Made by a program: the position numbers and the translations under genes. A stretch of DNA of 42,489 nt, from assembly GCA_031369745.1 (NCBI GenBank), contig JANMPG010000089.1:1-42489 (forward strand), in the 5' to 3' direction. Each line of letters starts with the position of its first letter. Position 1 is the stretch's first letter. This document shows, in pieces, positions 25,394 through 34,395 of the stretch. The DNA is from Actinomycetes bacterium. GTDB lineage: Bacteria > Actinomycetota > UBA4738 > HRBIN12. Under the pieces are notes generated by a model. The model made no database searches, had not been told where the DNA came from, and saw only the letters and a list, made by a program, of their open reading frames with translations.

Positions 25394-26926
25394 CTACTCG
25401 GGGCGCTGGGCGGGGAACATGATCAGGTCGCGGAGACTCTGCGCGTCGAGCAGCAGCAAGAGCAGCCGGTCGACGCCCATCCCGAGCCCACCGGCCGGCG
25501 GCATGCCGTGCTCGAGCGCACGCAGGAAGTCCTCGTCGAACGGATGCACCTCATCGCCCAGCACCGCCTTCATCTGTTGCTGCTGCTCGAACTTCGCGCG
25601 CTGCTCGTCGGGGTCGGTGAGCTCGCTGAAGGCCGTCACCAACTCGACGCCGGCGGCCACGAGGTCGAAGTGCTCGGTGAGGCCCGGGTTCTCACGGTGT
25701 GGTCGAGCGAGGGGCGACACCTCACGCGGGAAGTCGCACACGAAGGTCGGCTGCTCGATCGTTGACTCAACCAGCTTTTCGAACAGCTCCTGCACGATCT
25801 TGCCGGGGCCCCAGGCCTCATCGATCGCGACGTGATGGCGATCGGCGATCGCGCGCAGATCGGGGTGCTCCAGCGTGATCGTCTCCCCGACCGCGTCGGA
25901 GACCGAACCGAGCACGGTGATCCGCGCGAAGGGTTCGGCGAGATCGATCATGTGCTCCCCCACGGGGATCGCCAGTTGCTCGCCGTCGCGCCCGACGATC
26001 GGGTTCACCGCTCGGCAACACTCGCGCACGAGCGTTTCCGACAGCTCCATCATCGTGCGGTAGTCGCCGTAGGCCTGGTACGCCTCGAGCATCGTGAACT
26101 CCGGATTGTGATCGCGATCGATCCCCTCGTTGCGGAAGTTACGACCCAGTTCGAAGACACGCTCGGCCCCACCGACGAGCATCCGTTTGAGGTAGAGCTC
26201 CAGGCTGATCCGCAGCTTCATCGGCACATCGAGCGCGTGGTGGTGCGTCGTGAACGGCCGCGCGTTGGCGCCGCCGGCGACCGTTTGCAGCATCGGCCCC
26301 TCGAACTCGACGAACCCGCGCTCGTCCAGGACCCGCCGGATCGTCTTGAGCACCGCCGCGCGTGCCAAAAACGCCTGGCGCGGCGCCTCATCGGTGATCA
26401 GATGCACGTATCGGCGCCGCTGCTGCAGGTCCGGGTCCTGCAATCCGGCCCACTTCTCCGGCAGCGGCCGAAGTGCCTTCGTCAACATCGCCCAACGATC
26501 GACGAACACGCTCAACTCACCCTTGCGCGTGGTGCCGACGCGACCGGACGCCCCGATGATGTCGCCGAGGTCGACCTCCGCGAACAGCTGGAAATCGGCC
26601 TCTGGCAGGTCGGCCTTGCTCACGACGAGCTGGATGTCGCCGCCGCGATCGCGCAGCGTCGCGAATACGAGCTTGCCCATATCGCGCTTCAGCACGATGC
26701 GTCCCGCGATCGTGACGACGTCGTTGGTGCGCGTGTCCGGCTCGACGTCGGGATGCTCGGCACGCACGAGGTCGCTTGCCGTCGGCTCCGCAACGTCGAG
26801 CACCTCGGCCAGCGTCATCGCGAACGCCCGACGGTTTCCCAACCGCTCAAGGCTGGCGCGCCGCGCGGCGAGGACTTCCGCTTCGCGGCCCGTCGCCTCA
26901 CCCGTCACCGGCGTGTCGTCAGTCAT
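25394..26926 (-). CDS. lysS: Lysine--tRNA ligase (class II)
   Basis: Trimmed to ATG 26926 (MTDDTPVTGE...). It has an OB-fold anticodon-binding N domain, a class II core (FRNEGID...HNPEFTMLE) and motif 3 GGLGMGVDRL. Confidence 0.95.
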   Translation of the reverse strand: MTDDTPVTGEATGREAEVLAARRASLERLGNRRAFAMTLAEVLDVAEPTASDLVRAEHPDVEPDTRTNDVVTIAGRIVLKRDMGKLVFATLRDRGGDIQLVVSKADLPEADFQLFAEVDLGDIIGASGRVGTTRKGELSVFVDRWAMLTKALRPLPEKWAGLQDPDLQQRRRYVHLITDEAPRQAFLARAAVLKTIRRVLDERGFVEFEGPMLQTVAGGANARPFTTHHHALDVPMKLRISLELYLKRMLVGGAERVFELGRNFRNEGIDRDHNPEFTMLEAYQAYGDYRTMMELSETLVRECCRAVNPIVGRDGEQLAIPVGEHMIDLAEPFARITVLGSVSDAVGETITLEHPDLRAIADRHHVAIDEAWGPGKIVQELFEKLVESTIEQPTFVCDFPREVSPLARPHRENPGLTEHFDLVAAGVELVTAFSELTDPDEQRAKFEQQQQMKAVLGDEVHPFDEDFLRALEHGMPPAGGLGMGVDRLLLLLLDAQSLRDLIMFPAQRPE

Positions 26927-27695
26927 CGACGTTCTTCTCAAACACGAGGCGAAGGCCTTCCAGGGTGAGCCAGGGCTCATAGTGGTCGATCGTGCGGCAG
27001 TGGGGGATCACGACGGGCGCGAGCCCGCCGGTGGCGATGACGGTGGCCGCCGGCGCGCCCAGTTCGCCACGGACGCGCTCCACGATGCCGTCGACCTCCC
27101 CCGCGGTGCCGTAGATCAAGCCGGATTGGATCGCCTCCACGGTTGACTTACCGACCGGCGAGCGCGGCGGCTGCAGGTCCACGCGCGTGAGCCGGGCTGT
27201 GCGGCCGAACAAGGCTCCCGCGCTGATCTGCAGCCCCGGCGCGATCACGCCGCCGAGGAATTCTCCCGCGTCGGAGATCACGTCGAAGTTCGTGCTGGTG
27301 CCGAAGTCCACGACGATCGCCGGACCACCGAAGCGCGTGAATGCGGCCAGGGTGTTCACGACGCGATCGGCGCCCACCTCGCGCGGGTTGTCCGTCAGAA
27401 CCGAGACCCCGGTCTTCATGCCCGGACCCACGACGAGTGGCTCGTGTGTGAGATAGGACGCGGCCATCTCACGGAACTGGCCGGTCACGTCGGGCACGAC
27501 GCTCGCGACGCACAGTCCGGTCACGTCGCGGCGAAGGTCCAAGCCCCGATGCTCGAGGAAGCCGGACAGCAGCAGCGCGAGTTCGTCGGACGTGCGCTCC
27601 GGCCGTGTGGACGATCGCCACGTATGGGTCAGCTCGGGGCCATCGAAGACCCCGAGGACTATCTCGGTATTGCCGACGTCGGCTGTCAGAAGCAC
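26919..27695 (-). CDS. coaX: Type III pantothenate kinase
   Basis: GTG 27695 has GAGGAG 5 nt upstream and yields VLLTADVGNTEIVLGVF (the DVGNT signature). 258 aa. The stop overlaps the lysS start by 8 nt. Confidence 0.92.
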   Translation of the reverse strand: MLLTADVGNTEIVLGVFDGPELTHTWRSSTRPERTSDELALLLSGFLEHRGLDLRRDVTGLCVASVVPDVTGQFREMAASYLTHEPLVVGPGMKTGVSVLTDNPREVGADRVVNTLAAFTRFGGPAIVVDFGTSTNFDVISDAGEFLGGVIAPGLQISAGALFGRTARLTRVDLQPPRSPVGKSTVEAIQSGLIYGTAGEVDGIVERVRGELGAPAATVIATGGLAPVVIPHCRTIDHYEPWLTLEGLRLVFEKNVDD

Positions 27696-27697
27696 GG

Positions 27698-28129
27698 CTA
27701 CTCCTCGAACTCCATGTGGAACGCCGGACCATCGTGACGGACCGCGCCCGACGCCGACAACCGTGAGGCATAGGTGTCGAGCGCGTCGCCGGGCTCCGGC
27801 GCGATCGCCCCACTCGCGACCGCGGACAGGCGATGCAACCAACGCAGCGCGAGCGGTGCGGCGCCGCCGATCGCGGCCCGCGGTCCACCAAGCTCCGCCA
27901 CGACCTGACCGGGCTCGACGAGCGCACCCTCAGCGACCAGCGCACGGGCGCGGGCGCCGACCCTTCCCACGATCTCCTTGACGATCGGCATACCGGCACA
28001 CGTGCCCGGCTCGTCGCAGATGATCTGGGCGGCGCCGACCTCCTGGTCGTCGGTGTCGACACGCAGGCGAAGGACATCGGGCATGACCGCGGCCACGATC
28101 TCGACACGATCGGGCGGCTCGACGCTCAT
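27698..28129 (-). CDS. NadC (quinolinate phosphoribosyltransferase) N-terminal-domain-only protein, degenerate
   Basis: 143 aa. DEPGTCAGMPIVKEIV...EGALVEPGQVVAELGGPRAAIGGAAPLALRWLHRLSAVAS aligns by eye to the NadC N-domain (E. coli RENGVFCG...[30 protein letters not shown]). The substrate-binding ER is replaced by AP, and the whole TIM-barrel catalytic half is absent. The ATG overlaps the panC stop (ATGA). Confidence 0.6.
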   Translation of the reverse strand: MSVEPPDRVEIVAAVMPDVLRLRVDTDDQEVGAAQIICDEPGTCAGMPIVKEIVGRVGARARALVAEGALVEPGQVVAELGGPRAAIGGAAPLALRWLHRLSAVASGAIAPEPGDALDTYASRLSASGAVRHDGPAFHMEFEE

Positions 28130-28986
28130 GCGGTCGGTTCCGGCAGGAGGAGGTTGTCGATCAGACGCACGTGGTCGAATCGAGCGGCCACGAGCGCTCG
28201 CGCACGGCCGTCGATCGTCCCGACCGGTTCGAACGTGGCGTCATCCACCACCGCCGCGTAATCGAGATTCGCCAGAGGCGTCGCGCCAATCTCGCGAGCC
28301 ATCAAGGCGACCAAGACGTTCGCATCGCGTTCGCCCGCGCGGGCCCGCTCGGCTGCCTCGGTCAACGCAAGGAACAGGCACGACGCCTGCAGTCGTTCCT
28401 CGGCAGACAGGTAGGCGTTGCGCGACGCCAGGGCCAACCCGTCTGGTTCGCGGACGGTCGGGCAGGCCACGACGTGCACCTGCAGCGCCTCTTCCTGCTG
28501 TGTCATACGGCGCACGAGGAACAACTGTTGCGCGTCCTTCTCGCCGAGGAAGGCCTGACACGGGCCGACGACGTCGAAGAGACGATGCACCACCTGGAGC
28601 ACGCCGCCGAAGTGCCCGGGGCGGGCGGCTCCCTCATAGAGGTCACCGACATCACCGGGTGCGGGGCGCGTGAGCGACGTTCCGAGGGGATAGACCTCCT
28701 CGATCGGGGGGGCCCAGACCACGTCGACTTCTTCACTCGTACAGATCGCAAGATCGCCCGCCTCGTCGCGGGGATAGCGTTCGAGATCCTCCGCTTCGCC
28801 GAACTGCAGAGGGTTCACGAAGATCGACACGACCACGCGGTCGGCGGATCGGCGCGCCGTTCGGATCAACGAGCGATGACCCTCGTGCAGGGCCCCCATC
28901 GTCGGAACGAACCCCACGACCTCGCCCGCATCGCGAAGCAGTTCGGTCGCCGTGCGCACGGATGCCGCCTCGCGGATCAGTTCCAT
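28126..28986 (-). CDS. panC: Pantoate--beta-alanine ligase
   Basis: Trimmed to ATG 28986 (MELIREAASV...). VPTMGALHEGHRSL is the HIGH-type motif. 286 aa. Confidence 0.94.
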   Translation of the reverse strand: MELIREAASVRTATELLRDAGEVVGFVPTMGALHEGHRSLIRTARRSADRVVVSIFVNPLQFGEAEDLERYPRDEAGDLAICTSEEVDVVWAPPIEEVYPLGTSLTRPAPGDVGDLYEGAARPGHFGGVLQVVHRLFDVVGPCQAFLGEKDAQQLFLVRRMTQQEEALQVHVVACPTVREPDGLALASRNAYLSAEERLQASCLFLALTEAAERARAGERDANVLVALMAREIGATPLANLDYAAVVDDATFEPVGTIDGRARALVAARFDHVRLIDNLLLPEPTA

Positions 28987-29828
28987 CCGCGCAGGACCTC
29001 TTCGATCGCATCGCGACCGCCGGGGGAAAGGCGGGCGCCCGCCAGGTCCATCGACGCTCGGCACAGCGAGACGTACGGGCCGACGAGGTGCGGCGCCGTT
29101 TCGGTGATCGAACGAAGGTTCCGCTCGATCGTGCCGGCGTCGCCGCGAACGGCCGGTCCGGTGAGCGCGGCTGCCGGCCCGAGCCGATGGACGTTCGCGA
29201 CCGTCGCTCGTTGCAGTGGCGCCAGGACAGCCGCAGCGTCGGGGACGCCGGCGGCGGTCAACAGCTCCTGAGCCGCCCCCGAAACCACGACGAGGTAGTT
29301 CGAGCCGAAGACCGCCGCAGCGTGATACAGCGCGCGTGCCTCATCCGCCAGGCGGAACGGGCGGCCCCCGAGATCGAGCGCGAGTCGTTCGCCCAACCGC
29401 CATCCGTCGTCGTCACGCGACGTCACGGCCACCGCGCAGCCCGCGAGGGCATCGATCGCACCCGCGACGTCGGCGAACGTCTGCAACGGATGCACGGCGA
29501 GCACGCGGCCACCGGCCGCGACGACGGGCTCGAGCACGTCGAGCCCGTTGGCGCCGGACACGTGCAGGACCCACGTGTCGGGACCGATCGCGCGGGCGAC
29601 GGCGACCGCGCTCGCACCCAAGGCGTCGTCGGGAACCGACACGGCGACGAGGTCGGCCCCGCGCACCGCCTCGGCCACGGAGCGGACCGGAACCCCTGGC
29701 AGCCACGTGGCTGCCCGATCACCCGTCGCAGCACGTCCCGTGACCGCGGTGATCGCGTGACCGGCGCGAGCCCACGCCACCGCCAGGGCGGTTCCCGACG
29801 TGCCCGCTCCGACGATCGCGATCTTCAT
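28977..29828 (-). CDS. Rossmann-like + DUF2520 domain protein (ketopantoate-reductase-like oxidoreductase candidate)
   Basis: Trimmed to ATG 29828 (MKIAIVGAGTSGTALA...). The C-terminal half resembles DUF2520. Its position upstream of panC matches other actinobacteria. Confidence 0.75.
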   Translation of the reverse strand: MKIAIVGAGTSGTALAVAWARAGHAITAVTGRAATGDRAATWLPGVPVRSVAEAVRGADLVAVSVPDDALGASAVAVARAIGPDTWVLHVSGANGLDVLEPVVAAGGRVLAVHPLQTFADVAGAIDALAGCAVAVTSRDDDGWRLGERLALDLGGRPFRLADEARALYHAAAVFGSNYLVVVSGAAQELLTAAGVPDAAAVLAPLQRATVANVHRLGPAAALTGPAVRGDAGTIERNLRSITETAPHLVGPYVSLCRASMDLAGARLSPGGRDAIEEVLRGWN

Positions 29829-31090
29829 GGCTGTTGCGGTGAGTATGGCAACGTCGATACCCACAACACAGGACCGACGAACGCCGGCGCATCGCGGGGG
29901 GCGGGGATCTGGCGAATCTGCCCATCGTGGAAGAGACTGACCGCCCCGTTTGTCGACACGTACAGATCTCCATCGGCAGTCGGGGCCACCTTCAGGTCGA
30001 CGGCGTCGGTCGCCAGCACGAGCTGGAGGTGCCGGATCGACGAGCGCGACCCGACGTCCACCAGATACACGCCATGCACGTCCCGGTACGTGCCCAGCAC
30101 CACCGCCTGCTCGCGGTCGGAACTCCACCCGAGCACGGAGTCGGGGATCAGGAGATCGTCTCGACCTGCGATGGGCCTGAGCGGGTTGCGCAGCGGCGAG
30201 GTTCGGAACATCTCCAGCGAGGACCCCGCCTCGGAGCTTTGTACCAGCAGCTCGCCGTCACGGGAGATCCCGAGCAAGCGGCGGCTCGGTACGGCGAGAA
30301 ACAGACGCGAGCTGCCGACCTGCCACGTGCTGGGGACGCCGGCTCGCTCGAGCGTGAGATACGCGATCGTGCCATTACGACCAAAGGCCGTCGGTTCCCC
30401 GCAGACGACGTCGTCGAAACCCCGTTCCTGCGTGCGGATCGAAACGAACCACGTCGAGATGGTGACGCGTCGGCGACATCCACCCTCCGGGGTCGAGCGC
30501 ACGACGCTGACGAAGGACCCGCTGGTTACCCACGACACGAGCGCGCCGCTGGCAACCGGGAGCGGTCGATCCGTGGTCCCGAAGTAACGGATGACCGACG
30601 CCGTGCGGACGCCATCGTCACCGAGCGTGGTGACGCCGACCCAACCGGCATCGGCGAGGTACGCGTAGACGAGCTCCTCGGGAAGGCCCGCGAGCACCGG
30701 GCCGGGAAACGCGGTCGCGTGCGCCAGATCCCAGATCCACAGACGGACGCCATCGCTGTCGGCGACCGAGGACAACAGGTACCCGTGCAGCCCCGTATCG
30801 GCCGCGCCTGCCGGGCTCGGTGTATACCGCTGGACCAATGCCACCGCGCCGATCGCCAGGGTGACGATGACGGCGATCGCGACCAGATGCCGCCACGATC
30901 GTCGCACCACGCCGATCGACGCCGAGGGGGTCTCGCTGCGAGGCGAACCATGCCCAGGCGCAGTGCCCCCCGATCGCCGCGCCCCTTTCGACGACGGCTC
31001 CGAGGTGAACACGGTCGCGCCACATCGTGGGCACAGGTCGCTTTGCGTGGTTCCGCGCCAATCGCAGCGCAGGCACAGGCCGCCGCTCAT
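29825..31090 (-). CDS. Membrane-anchored protein: N-terminal zinc ribbon, one TM helix, extracytoplasmic propeller-like domain
   Basis: Trimmed to ATG 31090 (MSGGLCLRCDWRGTTQSDLCPRCG...). TM segment WRHLVAIAVIVTLAIGAVALV. The C-terminal ~300 aa has recurrent D-G / hydrophobic-strand repeats (TolB/PD40-like by eye). The ATG overlaps the folK stop (ATGA). Confidence 0.6.
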   Translation of the reverse strand: MSGGLCLRCDWRGTTQSDLCPRCGATVFTSEPSSKGARRSGGTAPGHGSPRSETPSASIGVVRRSWRHLVAIAVIVTLAIGAVALVQRYTPSPAGAADTGLHGYLLSSVADSDGVRLWIWDLAHATAFPGPVLAGLPEELVYAYLADAGWVGVTTLGDDGVRTASVIRYFGTTDRPLPVASGALVSWVTSGSFVSVVRSTPEGGCRRRVTISTWFVSIRTQERGFDDVVCGEPTAFGRNGTIAYLTLERAGVPSTWQVGSSRLFLAVPSRRLLGISRDGELLVQSSEAGSSLEMFRTSPLRNPLRPIAGRDDLLIPDSVLGWSSDREQAVVLGTYRDVHGVYLVDVGSRSSIRHLQLVLATDAVDLKVAPTADGDLYVSTNGAVSLFHDGQIRQIPAPRDAPAFVGPVLWVSTLPYSPQQP

Positions 31091-31581
31091 GGCAGCGCCA
31101 GTGGCGGGGCGAACGGCTGTGCCGAACCGCGAGGAGTGGGCAGATCGAGCAGTCGGGTCCCGTCGGGCAAGCGCGGATCGGCCTCGAGATCGAGCAGCGG
31201 CAGCACGACGAACGCGCGTTCGTGCATCCGCGGATGCGGGATCGTCAAACGCGCGTCGCCGCGCACCAGTTCTCCCCACAGCAGGATGTCGATGTCGATC
31301 GTGCGTGACCCCCAGCGCACCTCCCGAACTCGGCCGAGGGCCGCTTCGACGGCGTTGGCGGCCGCCAGTACCGCGTCGGGGTCCAGCCCGCCTGGATCGA
31401 CCCGGATCACCGCGTTGAGGAAGGCCGGTTGATCGTCGGGGCCACCCAGAGGGGTCGTCTCCCACACGCGCGAAGACGCCGTGGCACGCACCCCGTGTTC
31501 GGCGAGCGACGTCACCGCGGCCTGCAGGGTCACGAGCCGCTCCCCCAGGTTCGACCCAAGTCCGAGCAACGCATCGCCCAC
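31087..31581 (-). CDS. folK: 2-amino-4-hydroxy-6-hydroxymethyldihydropteridine diphosphokinase
   Basis: GTG 31581 (VGDALLGLGSNLGERL...). Also AFLNAV, RWGSRTIDIDILLWG and HPRMHERAFVVLPL. The upstream part of track ORF 31087..31704 overlaps folB and is rejected. Confidence 0.93.
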   Translation of the reverse strand: MGDALLGLGSNLGERLVTLQAAVTSLAEHGVRATASSRVWETTPLGGPDDQPAFLNAVIRVDPGGLDPDAVLAAANAVEAALGRVREVRWGSRTIDIDILLWGELVRGDARLTIPHPRMHERAFVVLPLLDLEADPRLPDGTRLLDLPTPRGSAQPFAPPLALP

Positions 31582-31585
31582 GCGC

Positions 31586-31936
31586 CTACGCCTCGGGGCG
31601 CGTGACCGCGGTCGCGACCCCGTCGATGCCCAAGCGCGTCGCGGCGTTGGGCTTGTGCACGACCACCGTGGCTCGCGTGACCCCGTCGAACGCCAGGCAC
31701 GCATCGGCGATCGCAGCTGCCATCGATTCGATCAGGTCGTAGGAGCCCCGTTCCACGATGGTTCGAACGCCTTCGGACACACCGCGATAGTCGGCCGTCG
31801 CATCGATCGCGTCGGCCCCGACCTCGACCTCGAGGTCGAGGTCGACCACGAACGGCTGCGTCGTGTCCTTCTCGCCGGGTCTCGCTCCGTGATGACCTTG
31901 CGCGCGGATACCGGACAGGAACAATCGGGCCTTCAT
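31586..31936 (-). CDS. folB: Dihydroneopterin aldolase
   Basis: 116 aa with the typical FolB pattern MKARLFLSGIRAQGHHGARPGEK...FVVDLDLEV. The ATG overlaps the stop of the upstream hydrolase (ATGA). Confidence 0.9.
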   Translation of the reverse strand: MKARLFLSGIRAQGHHGARPGEKDTTQPFVVDLDLEVEVGADAIDATADYRGVSEGVRTIVERGSYDLIESMAAAIADACLAFDGVTRATVVVHKPNAATRLGIDGVATAVTRPEA

Positions 31937-32877
31937 GCGTTCGGTCCCACCTCCTGGTCATCGGCGATGACCGGCTCGTCGTCCTCAGGTCCATCATCGG
32001 TCAGATCGAGGGACCCGGCGATCTGCAGCGGCACCAGGACCGGTCCACCGGCCCCGTGGCCGTGCGGGGCGCGCAAGTAGTTGGCTCGCAAGTATTCCGA
32101 GATGATGGGGTAGATCGTTTCGGGCGCCTCCTCGGGGAGGAAATGACCGCATCCCGGCACGAGCCCGAGCGCCGAGGACGAGATCGCGTCGTTCAGCCGT
32201 TCCCCGATCGAGGCCGCGAAGAAGGGGTCGTCTTCGCCCCACAGGATGAGGGTCGGCAACTCCCACGTGCGCATCCGCGGCTCTAACTCGCGGAGGCCGA
32301 GCCCGTCGATCGCGCGCGCCCACCGGAAGAACGCCGGAACGTGTTCGGGGACCGACCACGGTCGAAGGTACGTCGCAAGGTCGTCTTCTGCCAGCTCGCC
32401 CTCGCGCATGCCGAGGCGAAACGCCGCACGCAAGACGAGTTCGATCGAATCGATGCTCTCGCGCTCGACGGGCGCCACCTGCACTTCGGTCGTCACCTCG
32501 GCCGGCCATCCGTCGAACGCGATGCTGTCGATCAGGACCAGGGATTCGACGCCGAGCCGGTCGGCGGCGAGCAGCTGCGCGATCCCGCCGCCGGTGGAAT
32601 GTCCGACCGGCGCGATGCGATCGATCTCGAGGTGGTCGAGCAGCGCATTGATGTAGGTCGTCTGTGCTCGGATGTCCAGCGCAGCCTGCGAACCCTTGTC
32701 GGAATCGCCGAGACCGAGCAGATCCGGAGCGATCACCCGATGCCGGCTCGCGAGCGTCGGGATGAGCCCCCGCCACAGATGCGACGACAGCGGAAACCCG
32801 TGCAGGAGCAACACCGCCGGCCCCTCGCCCACGTCGTGATACGCGATCTCGCCCCCCGAGGAGGCGAAACGGTTCAC
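31933..32877 (-). CDS. Alpha/beta-fold serine hydrolase embedded in the folate operon
   Basis: GTG 32877 overlaps the folP stop (GTGA). It has LLLHGFPLSS (oxyanion HG), VGHSTGGGIA (GxSxG nucleophile), WGEDDPFF (acid) and PGCGHFLPEE (His), plus an acidic C-terminal tail of about 45 aa. The long N-terminal extension of the track ORF (to 33165) overlaps folP and is rejected. Confidence 0.8.
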   Translation of the reverse strand: MNRFASSGGEIAYHDVGEGPAVLLLHGFPLSSHLWRGLIPTLASRHRVIAPDLLGLGDSDKGSQAALDIRAQTTYINALLDHLEIDRIAPVGHSTGGGIAQLLAADRLGVESLVLIDSIAFDGWPAEVTTEVQVAPVERESIDSIELVLRAAFRLGMREGELAEDDLATYLRPWSVPEHVPAFFRWARAIDGLGLRELEPRMRTWELPTLILWGEDDPFFAASIGERLNDAISSSALGLVPGCGHFLPEEAPETIYPIISEYLRANYLRAPHGHGAGGPVLVPLQIAGSLDLTDDGPEDDEPVIADDQEVGPNA

Positions 32878-33725
32878 GCGCCCCCTCGCACGATCGCGTC
32901 GGCGACCCGCAGCGCGCGGACGGTCTCGCTCACGTCGTGTACTCGCACGATGTCGGCCCCGTGCGCCGCCGCGAGCACCGCGGCGGCGAGGGAACCTTCC
33001 AGCCGCGCCGCCGGCTCCTCGACGCCGGTGAGCGCGCCGATGAACCCCTTGCGCGACGCCCCGATCAGGACGGCCGCGTCCAGATCGCCGAACCTTTCGA
33101 GGTGCCGCAGCAGGGCGAGGTTGTGTCCGAGGTCCTTGCCGAACCCGATCCCCGGGTCGATGCACACGCGGTCTGCGGCGATCCCCGCGAACACGGCGGC
33201 CTCGACGCGTTCGCGCAGGTACTCGTGCACCTCGGCGACGACGTCGTCGTACCTCGGGTCGTCCTGCATCGTTGGGGGCTCGCCCCGCATGTGGTTCAAG
33301 ACGACGCCGGTACCACCCTCACGCACGACCGCGAGCAACCCCGGGTCCCGCCCACCGGTCACGTCGTTGACCACAGCAGCACCGGCGGCGATGGCGGCGC
33401 GTGCGGTCTCGGCGTGACGCGTGTCGACGCTGATCGGGGTGTCCGGTCGTGCGGAGTGCAGACCTTCGATCACGGGCACGACGCGACGCATCTCCTCATC
33501 GATCGGCAAGGGTGTCGCGCCCGGCCGTGTGGATTCACCGCCGACGTCGAGAAGGTCGGCGCCGTCGTCGGCGAGCTGACCCCCGAGTCGCACGGCGTCC
33601 TCGGCGGTCTCCAGCCGTCCGCCGTCGCTGAACGAATCCGGTGTCACGTTGACCACGCCCATCACCAACGTGCGCTTCCCCAACGGGAAGACGTGGTCGC
33701 GACAACGCCAGATCCGCTCGCTCAC
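32874..33725 (-). CDS. folP: Dihydropteroate synthase
   Basis: LVMGVVNVTPDSFSDGG, DVGGESTRPGA and the GASRKGFIG motif. GTG start. Confidence 0.95.
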   Translation of the reverse strand: MSERIWRCRDHVFPLGKRTLVMGVVNVTPDSFSDGGRLETAEDAVRLGGQLADDGADLLDVGGESTRPGATPLPIDEEMRRVVPVIEGLHSARPDTPISVDTRHAETARAAIAAGAAVVNDVTGGRDPGLLAVVREGGTGVVLNHMRGEPPTMQDDPRYDDVVAEVHEYLRERVEAAVFAGIAADRVCIDPGIGFGKDLGHNLALLRHLERFGDLDAAVLIGASRKGFIGALTGVEEPAARLEGSLAAAVLAAAHGADIVRVHDVSETVRALRVADAIVRGGA

Positions 33726-33773
33726 GACTCCATCGTAGTGAAGCGGCGCTCGCAGCGGTTGTCTCGGCGGCGC

Positions 33774-34349
33774 CTACCGCATGCGGATGTGCTGCATCGC
33801 CTCTTGGCGCGTGCGGGCGTCGTTGCGGAACAGTCCACGAACGGCCGACGTCACCGTGACGGCGCCGGGCTTCTTGATGCCGCGCATCGTCATGCACAGA
33901 TGCTCGGCCTCGATCACGACGAACACACCGCGCGGGCTCAGCGCCTGCTCGATGGCCTCGGCGATCTCGGTTGTCAACCGCTCCTGCACCTGGGGCTTCT
34001 TGGCCAGCGTATCGACCACGCGCGCGATCTTGGACAACCCCGTGATCTGCTGGGACTTGTTCGGGATGTAGGCGACGTGCGCTTTGCCGATGAACGGGAT
34101 CAGGTGATGCTCGCAACTGGAGTACAGCGGGATGTCGCGAACCATGATCATCTCGTCGAAGTCGGCACCCTCGACCACCGTGACGATCTGCGAAGCCTCC
34201 ACGCCGATCCCGCCAAAGATCTCCTCGTACATGCGGGCGACGCGCGCGGGCGTCTCGCGAAGACCGCCGCGCTCGGGGTCCTCGCCGATGCCTTCCAGGA
34301 TCATGCGGACGCCCTGCTCGATCTTCGCGTGGTCGAAGCGATCGCTCAT
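33774..34349 (-). CDS. folE: GTP cyclohydrolase I
   Basis: [29 protein letters not shown] and the [14 protein letters not shown] motif. 191 aa. Confidence 0.96.
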   Translation of the reverse strand: MSDRFDHAKIEQGVRMILEGIGEDPERGGLRETPARVARMYEEIFGGIGVEASQIVTVVEGADFDEMIMVRDIPLYSSCEHHLIPFIGKAHVAYIPNKSQQITGLSKIARVVDTLAKKPQVQERLTTEIAEAIEQALSPRGVFVVIEAEHLCMTMRGIKKPGAVTVTSAVRGLFRNDARTRQEAMQHIRMR

Positions 34350-34395
34350 GACGCCGGATGCTACCGCGAGGGCGCGTTGAGCGGGTTGCCGATCC

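Noticed and set aside
27698-28129. Possibility that the ORF between panC and coaX is aspartate 1-decarboxylase (panD), as in mycobacteria
   Set aside because: It has no resemblance to PanD: no MLRTMLKSKIHRATVT-type N-terminus and no G-S self-cleavage site context. The sequence instead tracks the NadC N-terminal domain.
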